64,000 nucleotides of DNA from Hyaloraphidium curvatum SAG 235-1. Lineage: Eukaryota > Fungi > Monoblepharomycota. Shown piece by piece: positions 1 to 14,744 of the stretch (its first letter is position 1; each line of letters starts with the position of its first letter). Position numbers and translations under genes: made by a program. The stretch is from the NCBI GenBank assembly GCA_025558095.1, contig JAIVFI010000035.1:62001-126000 (forward strand), given 5' to 3'. Below the pieces are notes generated by a model that saw nothing but the letters and a program-made list of their open reading frames with translations, searched no databases and was not told the origin of the DNA.

Positions 1-4226
<4,226 letters not shown>

Positions 4227-4286
4227 GCCCTTGTTTGCACGCGTCGACACGTGTATTTTGAAACCTCCTATTACCTCCTTTGTGCA

Positions 4287-5804
4287 ATGACCGTCCTGAG
4301 GCGCGTCGGAAGCTACCTTTGGTCGGAATCCTCGTACGTCGCCCTTCTGTGGGCGCTACCCTGCTTCCTGGCCGGGCAGTTGGGCCACATAAACGGCCTA
4401 TTTTTCAACGATGCGTTCGTGAACCGCTTGAAGATCCGGGACAGCTACTTTGTCGTGTCGAACTTGGTCTTTGCTGTCATCGACCCCCTGAACGATGTTG
4501 TCCTGGCGTGGTGGGTCGACAGCCACGATCAGGCTCCCAAGGCCGCGGCACGCCGCCGTCTCTCCGCTGCACGCGTAGGCGGGACGCTGTGGGCCCTCTG
4601 CTTCGCCCTCCAATGGGCACTCACGGACTATGTCAAGGACAGCCCCTTGGGGGTTGGCCTGGTCTACTTCGCGGCCCGGACATGCTTCGACACGTGTCTT
4701 ACGCTGACGTGGATCTGCCTCGGGGCGCTGACGGCCGACGTCGCCCTGAAGCACGAGGACCGGGTCAAGTGCCACCACTTTGCGTCGATGGCGGGCCTGA
4801 TGGGACTTCCGGTCGCCAACGTCGCGTACAGAGCCTGGGCCAAGTCGTTGGACGGAGACATGTCGCCGTTTCGCAGGCTGGTTCTCGTGCAATCGGCTGT
4901 TTCGATCGTCGGCTTCCAGGTGGTGACTCGCCTGATGTGGCGTCGGCTTGAGAATGCCAAGCTGGAGCCGCCTCCCGAGCGCGGCACCGCTCCTTGGGCC
5001 GATTCGGGTGCAGTGCCGTTGCTTTCGGATAGCAGTGCGGTCAGGGATCGGGAACTGCACGACGTCGACCCCTTGAAGAAGCACCGCGAGCTCACGTTGC
5101 AGCAATACGCCCGCCAGGTCCTGGGCCACAGCAATTTCATGTGCTTCATTTTCACAAACGTGCCTCAAGAGACACTGGCGGCTTTCTTGGGCACTTTCTT
5201 CACCGCCTTTATTGCCGTGCTCCTGAATCGCTTCAGCGTATCCACCAACGCCTTGATCGTCTCTGCAGCCTCTTTCCCGATCAATCTCATCCTTTATCCG
5301 GTGCTCGGGATCGTGGGCATCTCCGGTGCTCAGGTCTGGACGGCCGGCATTTATGCCAAAATTGCCTTGTGTCTGGCGACGTACTTTATGGGCCCAGACG
5401 CCCCTGTTGCGATCGCGGTCTTTCTCGTATGCCACTCGCTCATCATGTCCAGCATCGGCGGCCAGTTTTCGCTCATCTGCGCCGATCTCGCTGACGAAGA
5501 TCAGGTCAGGCACCGGCGACCAAACAACCAGGGCGCCCGTTTCATGGGCACAAACGCCCTGTTCACGAAACCCCCTGGCGCGCTGGTCCCGCTCGTGGGC
5601 AGGGCCATCCTCGGCACGTACGATCCCGCGACCGCAGGGCTAGATCCGGAGTTTCGTGCACGCTGCTTCGCCATGATGACGCTCATCCCGCTTGCGGGCG
5701 CGCTGCTGCAGGCTCTGGTCTGGAGCAGGTACGATCTTCGGGGGGACAAGCTGGCGGCTGTGAAGCGAGAGGTTGCGGTCGTCCGGGACATGTATGCAAA
5801 GTGA
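4287..5804 (+). CDS. MFS/GPH-family (MFS_2-like) membrane transporter
   Basis: Single ORF with many hydrophobic segments. Motifs VIDPLND, ADLADEDQVRH..R..G.FMG.NALFTKP and C-terminal YDLRG. Confidence 0.8.
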   Translation: MTVLRRVGSYLWSESSYVALLWALPCFLAGQLGHINGLFFNDAFVNRLKIRDSYFVVSNLVFAVIDPLNDVVLAWWVDSHDQAPKAAARRRLSAARVGGTLWALCFALQWALTDYVKDSPLGVGLVYFAARTCFDTCLTLTWICLGALTADVALKHEDRVKCHHFASMAGLMGLPVANVAYRAWAKSLDGDMSPFRRLVLVQSAVSIVGFQVVTRLMWRRLENAKLEPPPERGTAPWADSGAVPLLSDSSAVRDRELHDVDPLKKHRELTLQQYARQVLGHSNFMCFIFTNVPQETLAAFLGTFFTAFIAVLLNRFSVSTNALIVSAASFPINLILYPVLGIVGISGAQVWTAGIYAKIALCLATYFMGPDAPVAIAVFLVCHSLIMSSIGGQFSLICADLADEDQVRHRRPNNQGARFMGTNALFTKPPGALVPLVGRAILGTYDPATAGLDPEFRARCFAMMTLIPLAGALLQALVWSRYDLRGDKLAAVKREVAVVRDMYAK

Positions 5805-5824
5805 TCGAAGACATCGCACAACGA

Positions 5825-6896
5825 ATGCTCCGCTCCGCCATCCGCCAAACGTTCCGGGGCCAGACTCGATTGTCAAAGGCACTCGAAACCAGATTCCTTG
5901 CTTCCATCGTCGCACCTGCAGCGATGTCCACGCGAGCTCGGAAAGCGAAGGCTCCGGAGGATGCCCTGCAGGAGCCCGCGGTGAAGCGCGCAAGGATAGC
6001 ACCCGTTAGCACGAAGGAAGCACCGCCCTCTGAGACCGCGGCCGCCGACCGCACTTCGAGATCGAAGCGGTCTGGTCGCGGCGCCAAGAAGGAACTGGCG
6101 GGTTCGGGAGACAATAATGGGACCGCGGTCGCGACAGAAGAAGTTTCGGGCATCCCCGTGGCGTCCGGCCCTGCACCGCACAAGGGACAGAAGAAACGGA
6201 ACGCTGATGCATCTGCCGTAACGGAGGCCGAGGCTGATCCCGTCGTCCGCTGCTCCTGGGCGCGGAACCACGACCTCGAACGCGTGTACCATGACCAGGA
6301 ATGGGGATCCGTCCATCCGGCTGGGGGATACAGCGACGAGCTGTACTACGAGTTCCTCGTGCTTGAAGCCGCGCAGGCTGGACTCTCGTGGAGGACGATC
6401 CTCGTCAAGCGCGAAGCTTATCGCAAAGCGTTCGCAAACTTCGACATGCGAGAGGTCGCCGCCTTCGGCGCCAAGGACGTCGAAAGGCTGCTCAAGAGCG
6501 AAGGTGCCCCGGCGGACACGATCGTGCGCAACAAGGCCAAGATCGAGGCAGCGATCTCCGCCGCGCAGCTGATCCAATCTTCCATCCTGAAGGAGTGGGT
6601 GGTCTCCTTGTTAGCTCCACCCTTTGGTCCCACGCCGGCGTTGACTTTGCTGCGTGATTCGCTCCGGATCCAGGTACCCAAACCTGCACAACTATTTCGC
6701 ATCGTTCTATAAGGATGGTAAACCCGTGCACCACGCGGTTCGCGCTACATCTCCCGAGTCGGATGCCGTGAGCACCGACCTGAAGAGGCGCGGATTCAAG
6801 TTCTGCGGCACCACCATCGTGCATGCACTCCTCCAGGCGCTGGGTTGGGCGCAGGAGCACGATCCCGCCTGCTTCAAGCATCCCAACAACCTCTAG
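5825..6896 (+). CDS. tag: DNA-3-methyladenine glycosylase I (Tag family); intron 6595-6673
   Basis: RCSWA..YHDQEWG, EFLVLEAAQAGLSWRTILVKREAYRKAF, IVRNKAKIEA, LKRRGFKFCG and HDPAC motifs. Removing the GTGGGT...CAG intron restores the frame. Confidence 0.9.
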
Positions 6897-7106
6897 ACCG
6901 TGATGATATAGCCGTGGCAGACATAAAGACAGAGTTTAAATCTGCCGAGTCTTGCGGGATAGAGTTTTGGGCGGCGGGTTGAGGGTCCGCGTCCCTGAGC
7001 GGGTGGCGGGACGGCGTCGGCCGACGGTTCAGGGTTCCTTTTCGTCGCGTCGACGCTCGCGGATCTCACGCAGGCCCGTCAAAGTCGTAACGAGAGCTCG
7101 TCCACG

Positions 7107-9328
7107 ATGGCGATGTATTTGTTCGTGCTCCTCGCGGGCCTCTTGGGTGGGCAGAATTGCGCCTGGACCGCGAAACTCTCTCTGATCCCCAACCTCGCGC
7201 ATCCAGCCGGCGCCAACGCCCAGCTGCCGCAACCTCTGACGTATGCGCCCCAAATTGCTCCCTGCGGAGCCACTCCGCCGGCGATCCGGAACATTGGGCG
7301 CGACTACGCCCTGTCTCCGAACGAGACGGCGTGGCTCCGCCTCCGGGAACCGATCGTGAAGGAAGCATGGGTCAGGTACCTCAACAACCTCAAGGTCCCG
7401 GGTGTTACCGTCTCTTCCTTCGTCAACTCCACCAAGCTGCCCAAGGTGGCGATGGTGATCTCGGGCGGCGGTTACCGTGCCATGCTCAACGGTGCGGGAG
7501 TCTTTAACGGTATCGATGAGCGCGCCACTGGAACCATCAACGGGAACGACACTAGTGCGTATTTGGAGCACGATCGACGGGATTTGGAGCTGACGGAAGC
7601 CCGCAGCGGGAGGGATTGCTCAGCTGCTGACATACCTGGGCGGACTTTCCGGAGGCTCCTGGATCACCACAACTCTAATTGCGAACAACTTCGATCGAGT
7701 AAAGCGCCTGCAGGAGAACGTCTGGGATCTTGAAACCAATATCGTGCTTCCGGGCGGTGATAGCCCTGCGGCCAACGCCGTTATTTATCGACAGATGATC
7801 TCGGAGATTCAAGAGAAGCAGGCTGCTGGCTTCAATGTCACCCTGACCGATCTCTGGGGTCGGGGGATATCTCGCCATCTCATTACGAACCGCGAATATC
7901 CGAGCTATGGCCGCGAGTTTACTTTCGCTCAGCTTGCGGACACGGAGCCGTTCAAATCCGGTGGCACACCATTCCCCTTCATCGAGGCGGACCAGCAGTT
8001 CGTTGGAAGGGATAACAACTTTACTAACCCGTGGGAGTGGAACGTGTACGAGAGTGGTTCCTGGGCTACGAACGTCAGCGGCTTCATTCCGACGAGTTAC
8101 GTCGGCACCACCATGAACAACGGCCAGCCGTCGAACCTTTCGGCCTGTGTGACCAGATTCGATAACTTTGGATTCGCTGTTGCCACAAGTTCAGCGGTCT
8201 TTAACGTTGCGAGTGAGTTACATGGACTCGGCACTTGGGGATGGCTCATGCTCACTCGCATCAATCACCTTCTTCCAGTTCAAAACAACACAAACGGCAC
8301 CGGATTGAACTCCACGGAAGGTCTGTGCGACGTGTTGGGGCATTCGGTCCCCGCTAACCTGGATGCGAATGCAGAGGACCAATGGATCCGCCGGATCGAG
8401 CCGGCCCCCGTGCCGAATCCGTTCAAGAACTTCGCGGCGGCGGACGCAAACACGAGACCGCTCGATACCATCCTGCTGAGCGACGGAGGCAACGACTACC
8501 AGGTCATTCCCTTTGCCGGCGTCTTGATTCCCAGCCGCGCAATCGATGTCGTGATCGCCGTCGACAACACTGGTCAGTGGTAGCGCGAATGCAATTAATC
8601 GCTCGATTCTAACACCGTTTTCAGGTGACAACCAAGGTTACCCGGCCGGAGCCTCGCTGATAGCGACGCAGGAGTGGGCCAAGCAGCAGGGGCTTCCCTT
8701 CCCCGCGGTCCCGAACGACATGGCCAGTGAGCATCTGTTTGCAGCCGGTTTTCGGACATCACTGATGAGCTTTCGCAGCGTACGTTTCCAGGAACCTCAC
8801 CGATCGGGTGGTCTTCTTTGGCTGCCCTGAGGGCAACCCGGGGGCCCTCGGCAGCTCGCCCTTTATCCTGATCTACCAGCCGAACCGCTACGTGGTCTAC
8901 CCCTCGAACACTTCGACGTACAAGCTAGCCTACAACAAGACCGAAGCGGACGGAATGATCGACAACGGCGCAGCCCAGTGGAAGCCCGCTCCGGAAAAGA
9001 ATCAACCCGACGTTGCCATGTGCGTCGGCTGTGCTCTGACTGCGCGTGGCAGTGCCACTCTCTCCAACGTTTGCATTGACTGCCTTCAGAGGTGCGTTGG
9101 AGCGGGTGGGAGGCTTTTAGAACTGCTGACTCGGATCCGTACAGGTATTGCTATCCTTCGACGAGATTTGGCCAGGCTCCCAACCCCGGCGGCGTCGTTC
9201 AGCCGACCGCAACCGCGAGCATCACGACCTCAACATCCAGGCCGGCGGCCGCGGGGAGGTCCCGATCCGGAGCACTGAGTGCTCTGTCTGCCGTCGTGGC
9301 GGTTGGCTTGCTACAGCTGATTATGTGA
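7107..9328 (+). CDS. PLB: Lysophospholipase / phospholipase B, secreted, probable GPI anchor; multi-exon
   Basis: Signal peptide, SGGGYRAML, GLSGGSW nucleophile, DLWGR, L.DGG, IDVVIAVD motifs. Ser/Thr-rich stalk and hydrophobic C-terminus. Confidence 0.9.
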
Positions 9329-9389
9329 GAGGGGCATTGGTATTGGATATCGAGACAGAGAGAGAATATATCTGGCTGGCGGCGCTCCA

Positions 9390-10039
9390 TCACTTCTTCT
9401 TGGCCTCCATCTCCAGCCGCAACCGCTCGTTTTCCTTGTCCGCGAGTTGCTGCCGTAGCTGCTGCTTCTTCTCCCCAATCCTCCGCGCGTTGAAGTGCTC
9501 CACCTGTTCCCAACATCAGCCGCCTTGCGCAAAGCAGCATCGCAAGATGGCCACGAACCCAGCTCGCAGCACACTCCTTCTCGAACGTGTTCTTGAACTG
9601 CTCGCACACCGACAATTCCGCCACCTCCTGGGGCGTCAGATCCCTGTTGATCGACACCTTGTTCTGACCTGAAGGCTTGCTGGGCATTTGCGGAGCAGTC
9701 GGGGCCCCGTCGGGCACGTCCGCCACCGAAGATGACGACGCCGGTCCAAAGGGGTTCGGCCGCAGATTCGGGTTGTCCGATTGCTGCAGTCGTTAATCGA
9801 TGTGCGATGCGAGGCCAGCAGGTCATTTTGATGAGGTTTGAATGTTTTGACGTCTCCGCTCGAAGTACCTGGAGCTCCGGAGCTTCCAGCGGTTGTGCGC
9901 CTTCTTTCGGCGTGTCCCGCGGCCGGAGGCCGTGAAGCCAGAGACCGTGCTTATCGAGGCACGTCCAATAAGCATCTCGAGAGTCCCAGCATCTCTGCCG
10001 CTCTTCGCGCGACGGCGGTTTCGACAGAAGAGTCGCCAT
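9390..10039 (-). CDS. COA6: COA6/COX6B-like cytochrome c oxidase assembly factor; multi-exon
   Basis: PSREERQRCWDSRDAYWTCLD...CEQFKNTFEKECAASWVEHF twin-Cys pattern. Confidence 0.75.
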
Positions 10040-10485
10040 CGTCGACTGCGATCGCGAACTGCGTGTCATCGGTGCGCCTAATCAACACGGCGCCCTGACG
10101 CGTTTCCCCCCACACAGCATCAATGGGGAAAAAAGAGGAAGCCAAGGACGATGGCGAGGATGGACTGCTCGAACGTGCCCTCCTGCTGGCAGTCCTGGGC
10201 TTCGCGGGTGTCATGGCGTTCCATTGGGTCAAGTCCCGGCTACCAGCCTGAGGTGACGCGGAACGCGAGCCTGGGTCAAAGACAATCGCGGAAGATTGGT
10301 GCTTGAAGATGGAATTGGATTGAACGGGACGTTGCTCCACCAGGACTGGACGCGTTGAGAGCTTTTGTCTCCGACCCACGGAATCACTTGACAGCTGTCG
10401 AGGCGGGCCCGACAGCGCCGCAACAGGCAGAACAGAGTGCCTCTGATGCTGTATGTCTCTGTTAGGGCCGTGTACACCTTGCCAA

Positions 10486-11067
10486 TCACAACGAAGACGC
10501 CAACACCATGTCCGTGGGAGTCCAGTCCGTCTCGATGAAGATCTCCACGCTCGGCACGTTCTCGTATCGCAGACCGGCCGCTGCGCCTTGCGAGACCGTC
10601 GGTGTCTGGGCAATCCTCGCCTTCCACGTCTTTGCCGGCGGCAGCGACGGGTTTGAGAGCGACTCTCCGGTGCAGAGGTTGAAGTCCAGGCCGTGGGCAG
10701 GGCACACAACTGTGAACTCCCTCCCGGTACCTGAAAGCTTGCCCCAGGTGCTCTTGCGTTCGGGGTCCTTCACCAGGTCCTCCAAGTCCGTCACGTCCAT
10801 CACCCTGCCGTTGGAGAGCAGCGCCCCAGCATGGGGGCAGATTGCCGTGATTGCGTACACCGCGCCATCCCATTGCTTCGACACGGCGTCGATTCCTTTG
10901 GTGATGAAAATCCGTTCGAAGACGGTCTCGGGCTCTTTGCCCTTCCCGCGGCGCTGGACGCGCAGGACCGTCCTTCCGTGCGGTTCCAAGTCCGACAGCG
11001 CGCACACGGGAAGCCACTGACGTGCGGCGCGCGTGCCATCCGATTCGGAGCCCCCGCCCGAAGCCAT
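10486..11067 (-). CDS. Rieske [2Fe-2S] ferredoxin-domain protein
   Basis: CPHAGALL...VVCPAHGLDFNL.TG (CxH/CxxH). Confidence 0.85.
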   Translation of the reverse strand: MASGGGSESDGTRAARQWLPVCALSDLEPHGRTVLRVQRRGKGKEPETVFERIFITKGIDAVSKQWDGAVYAITAICPHAGALLSNGRVMDVTDLEDLVKDPERKSTWGKLSGTGREFTVVCPAHGLDFNLCTGESLSNPSLPPAKTWKARIAQTPTVSQGAAAGLRYENVPSVEIFIETDWTPTDMVLASSL

Positions 11068-11242
11068 GCGATCGAATGAATGTCTCCCTCAAACCAAGGG
11101 ATCGGGGCGGCCGCACGGCACCGCCCGATATGCTGTGTAGTCACTCCAAGACCTCCAAAATCAGAACCAGCAGCTCGCGAAGGACCGGTTCCCCCTCCAC
11201 CATCTAGTGCTCTGAGCAAGTGCTGTCCAGCGAGCATCGAGA

Positions 11243-11860
11243 ATGGGGGACTTCCTCGGCCACATCGCCCAAATGCACCAGGTGAGGGAGGACCTCGTCG
11301 CCACAGCGGTTCAGGCGCCCACCTCTGGCAAACGACGTGTAGGACTATGACAAGCGCCGCCAGGCGGCCGCCAATGGCGCTCTGGCGCAGATTGAGCGTT
11401 ACCGGGGCCAGCTGCTCCAGCAAATGTAAGCGTTGCCTCCCCCCGTCCAGCCGCGTTGCTCATGCCCGGACCCGCACCGCAGGCAGCTTGTCCCACAGGA
11501 GAAAGCAGACGAGGGTAAGTTCCTGGGGGCCGGCATCGTCGCGCGGACGTCCTCAAGCGCAAGTAGCCATCGACAGGGTGGGACAGCTAATCGAGTCTGA
11601 CCTCAACGGGCTTTGGGTGCGAGTTGACCAAGACATGAGCGTTTTCCGTGATTATGTCAACAACCTGGGTTCCAACCTCGGTCGGGAGCTTTCTCCTCAG
11701 GAGCAGGAGGCGTACGATGCCCTGAGCAGGTGCGGACGGATGCCCGGGCGGCTTTAGCGGCGCAGGCGTGACCATCTCGACCATGAAGCCGCGTTGGTGA
11801 GGGACACTATGACCTGCAGGATTGGTACACCCGCAAGAAGGATTCGGCGCTGGTTCAGGC
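11243..11860 (+). CDS. Hypothetical multi-exon host gene (end uncertain)
   Basis: ATG exon followed by GTGAG/GTAAG donors and CAG acceptors. Helical exons DYDKRRQAAAN.. and VAIDRVGQLIESDLNG... Confidence 0.4.
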
Positions 11861-12636
11861 CAAGTGCCGGGAGCTCCAGCCAGCCCCGCCGGTGTGTTGA
11901 TCGCATGCTGCATAGCACTATCGTTTTCTGACTGTCATCGTTGATTGCAGGCAAACGCACCGCTTCTGCCTGTCAAGGTAGCTCCAGGTGTGACAGTGCA
12001 GGGTGGTTTCGGTGGGTTGCCAGCATTGCATCGCATGTGAACGTTTCCTAAGTTCTTTTTCCAGGGTTGCCCCCTCCGCCTCCATCATACACTTGATGAT
12101 GCTCCTTGTTCCTAGCTCTTTATGCATTCCTTCTACATTGCAACTTGCAAGCTGCAAAATCCGCATGTACTCAAACTGCTGAGAGGAAGCAGTTGATAAA
12201 AATGGAGAGGCATTTCATTTCATCATGAACATGGCCAGGCCTAGAAGACCCACCAGGCATTTGTAGAATTGCAGGATGCCACCCAGAAGGAGATCAAAAT
12301 GACATGTATGGTCAGCCTAAGCCTGTTGGAGTGACTTTGGGGCATGGGAAAAATGAGTGCATGGGGCAAGAAGCAAGCTTCTTGCTGCACAGTGCCTTTT
12401 ACCATTTTTGTGACCTGAAAAGAATATGTTATTGGGGATGGATGGATGTGTTTGGAGCCTCAGGATCGAGTTGGAGTTGATCTTGGCATTGGAGCTGGAC
12501 TTGGATGGGCGGATGCCCTCTGGCTAGCAATTACCTAGGGAAGCGGTGTCTTAGAGGGGAATAACACAACAAACACCAGGAATGTCACCTGCCTCATCCG
12601 CACCTGTCTCTGGGCGCCTGTGACCAGGGGTCTTTG

Positions 12637-13787
12637 AGAATAGAATAGTATTGGTGACCCGGACCTGCCCCTGGCTTGGCCGCTGTTACACCATGAGTTT
12701 GCTGCTAATTGCAAAGTTCATCGTCGTCGTGTGTCTTTTTCATTTTCCCAGTTTTCCTGTCCTTCATGGACTTTGAGATGAAGCTGGCAATGGAGTTGAG
12801 GGCCTTCTCCTTCTGCCGCCTCGCTTTGATCGTGGGCTCGAACTCCTTGATGCTAAGAGCCCAGAGCCAGGTCTCCATGTTCCACTCGCGGCCTAGTGCT
12901 TCCAATCTAGTCTGCAGCTTCTGGCGCCGCTCCACATTTGCTGAACAGTGAAACAGAAAGTGTTGTTCGTCTCCAATGTGCTCAGGGTCATGCTTGCGGA
13001 ACTTGAGTGCCGACTCGTGGTCATGAACTGCAAGGGGGTACTGGCCAGTGATCGCATACAGACAGGCCAGGGAGGTAGACTTGGGCAGATGAGTGACAGC
13101 ACGAAGAGCCATGCATGTCACTTTGTCCCTGGTTGTAGGCTTTCCCCGGCAAGGTACTCCTCCTTCGGCATCTCCACAATGAACGGGTTCCCATATTGGC
13201 CCACTGCCTTGACCTTTGTGTTGTAGAGCTTGAGCTGGAGGTCAGGACTCATCCCAGGCTGCTCCCTGATGTCACGGAGCCAGAGCCCATAAGCAGCGTT
13301 CATCTTGGCCTCTCTGCCATGCACATGGTCCTTGCTCCGGCCGGTTGAGGTCAGCTGATACCCCAGAAGCTTGAAGCTGTCGACCCTCTTCAGCTCCTGG
13401 CCCCTGTACAGGAGCTTCACACGGTGGGGTATCCTCCTGGCCATCCACTCTGTTTTGCTGACGTTGATCTCCAGCCCATTGGCACTGGCATATGCAGACA
13501 AAAGATCCAGCTGCATCTTGGCATCCTTCACCGTCTTCGAGATCAAAGTGGTGTCGTCTGCAAAGAACAATTAAAGCCAGCAAGCTGACCCACCATCCTC
13601 TCCTGATCCTCCTCGTCCTCAGTTACCATGCCCAGATCCATCCCCTTTGCACCATTGGCCTCCATGAAAGCGGTAATGTCGTTGATGAATAAGATGAAGA
13701 ACGGCAATGAGAGGGGGTCCCCCTGCTTCACTCCAGTCAGGAACTTGTTGAATGAAGTCCGACTTGGTCCCATCCTCATCCCGGAGC
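12637..13787 (-). mobile_element. 5'-truncated, internally deleted LINE copy (same family as 27122-30442)
   Basis: Near-identical to the 3' part of the LINE at 27.1-28.7 kb, with the same (TATTC)n tail. Has a ~410-bp deletion at ~12997 and small frameshifting indels. Confidence 0.92.
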
Positions 13788-14472
13788 GACACCGTGTCAT
13801 CAGACTCCGACGCTGTCTGGCAGCAAGGTGGGCACGGGCTGATGGCACTGTACTGCACGTCCGTGGTCCGGTATTGACCCTCGGCATCCAGAATCTCCGA
13901 CCAAGCGTCGCACGGTGCAAATGGCGTACGCGTCCCGAGTGGACACCACTTTGGGTGGGTTCATGACCCTTGACACGCACGGCGGGACGGCTCTTGAACG
14001 CGCTTTTCCGCAGGGTCCCCCACAAAGCGTCACAAGGTAGCCGGGCCCGCGAATCGCTTGGCCAGCCCGACTAGCCCGCCGGACCCCGGTTCGTTGGTTG
14101 CCTGCATGTTGAGTTCCGGTCTCACGCATGTCCCCTCGGCCCCCAGAACGCGATCAGAGCGGCACCGAGGCTGCAACAACTCGAGGACCGGATGCCATAG
14201 ACCCCATGGAGGTTGACGCGTCAAGTCCAGGTCTGTACGCGCGTTTGATCCCGTTTCGCTGGTTGTTTAGCTGCCTATGGTCAGATGGACATCATATCGA
14301 GACTACCCACGGCACCCGCCCTCGGTCTGTCAGCACCCCTTCCGCACCCGACCCCCGACCTTGCGCATCAACAAGTGCAAATGGTTGGTGCCGACCGTAT
14401 CAAGTTTGGCACCACAGGCTGACGAGCTGGTCTTCACAGAATCAGCAGCCTCCTCAATGGACCCCCTTGTCG

Positions 14473-14696
14473 TGTTGGAGTGGCTATGGGGCGTGGGGAA
14501 GACGTAGCCCCAGTGGTCTGAACCGGGTCAGAACTCAGATGGACGGGATGGGGAGAGGGACAGTTTCACGTTGACCCGTTGTCCATTCCCTTGCGATGAC
14601 AAGTCCCTAGATGACCCCTCCGGTCGTACCCAAGTATCCCCACACGCCAATAGACTCCCTATTGATACAGAATCGTAGCAACGATCCATTCCAACA
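14473..14696 (-). repeat. copia 3' LTR (224 bp)
   Basis: Identical to 19824-20047. Confidence 0.97.
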
Positions 14697-14744
14697 CTCC
14701 CCCTCGTTGCAAGATTCCCAAGAAGTGTCCAGAAATCCCCAAAG

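Noticed and set aside
10123-10480. Small + strand gene beginning MGKKEEAKDD with one TM segment
   Set aside because: Plausible, but the exon structure could not be resolved and no family was recognised.
11900-12636. CpG-poor segment as a distinct transposon
   Set aside because: Composition suggests decayed TE DNA, but no termini or protein motif were identifiable.
13788-14127. Helitron 5' terminus
   Set aside because: No end could be pinned down without a second copy for comparison.
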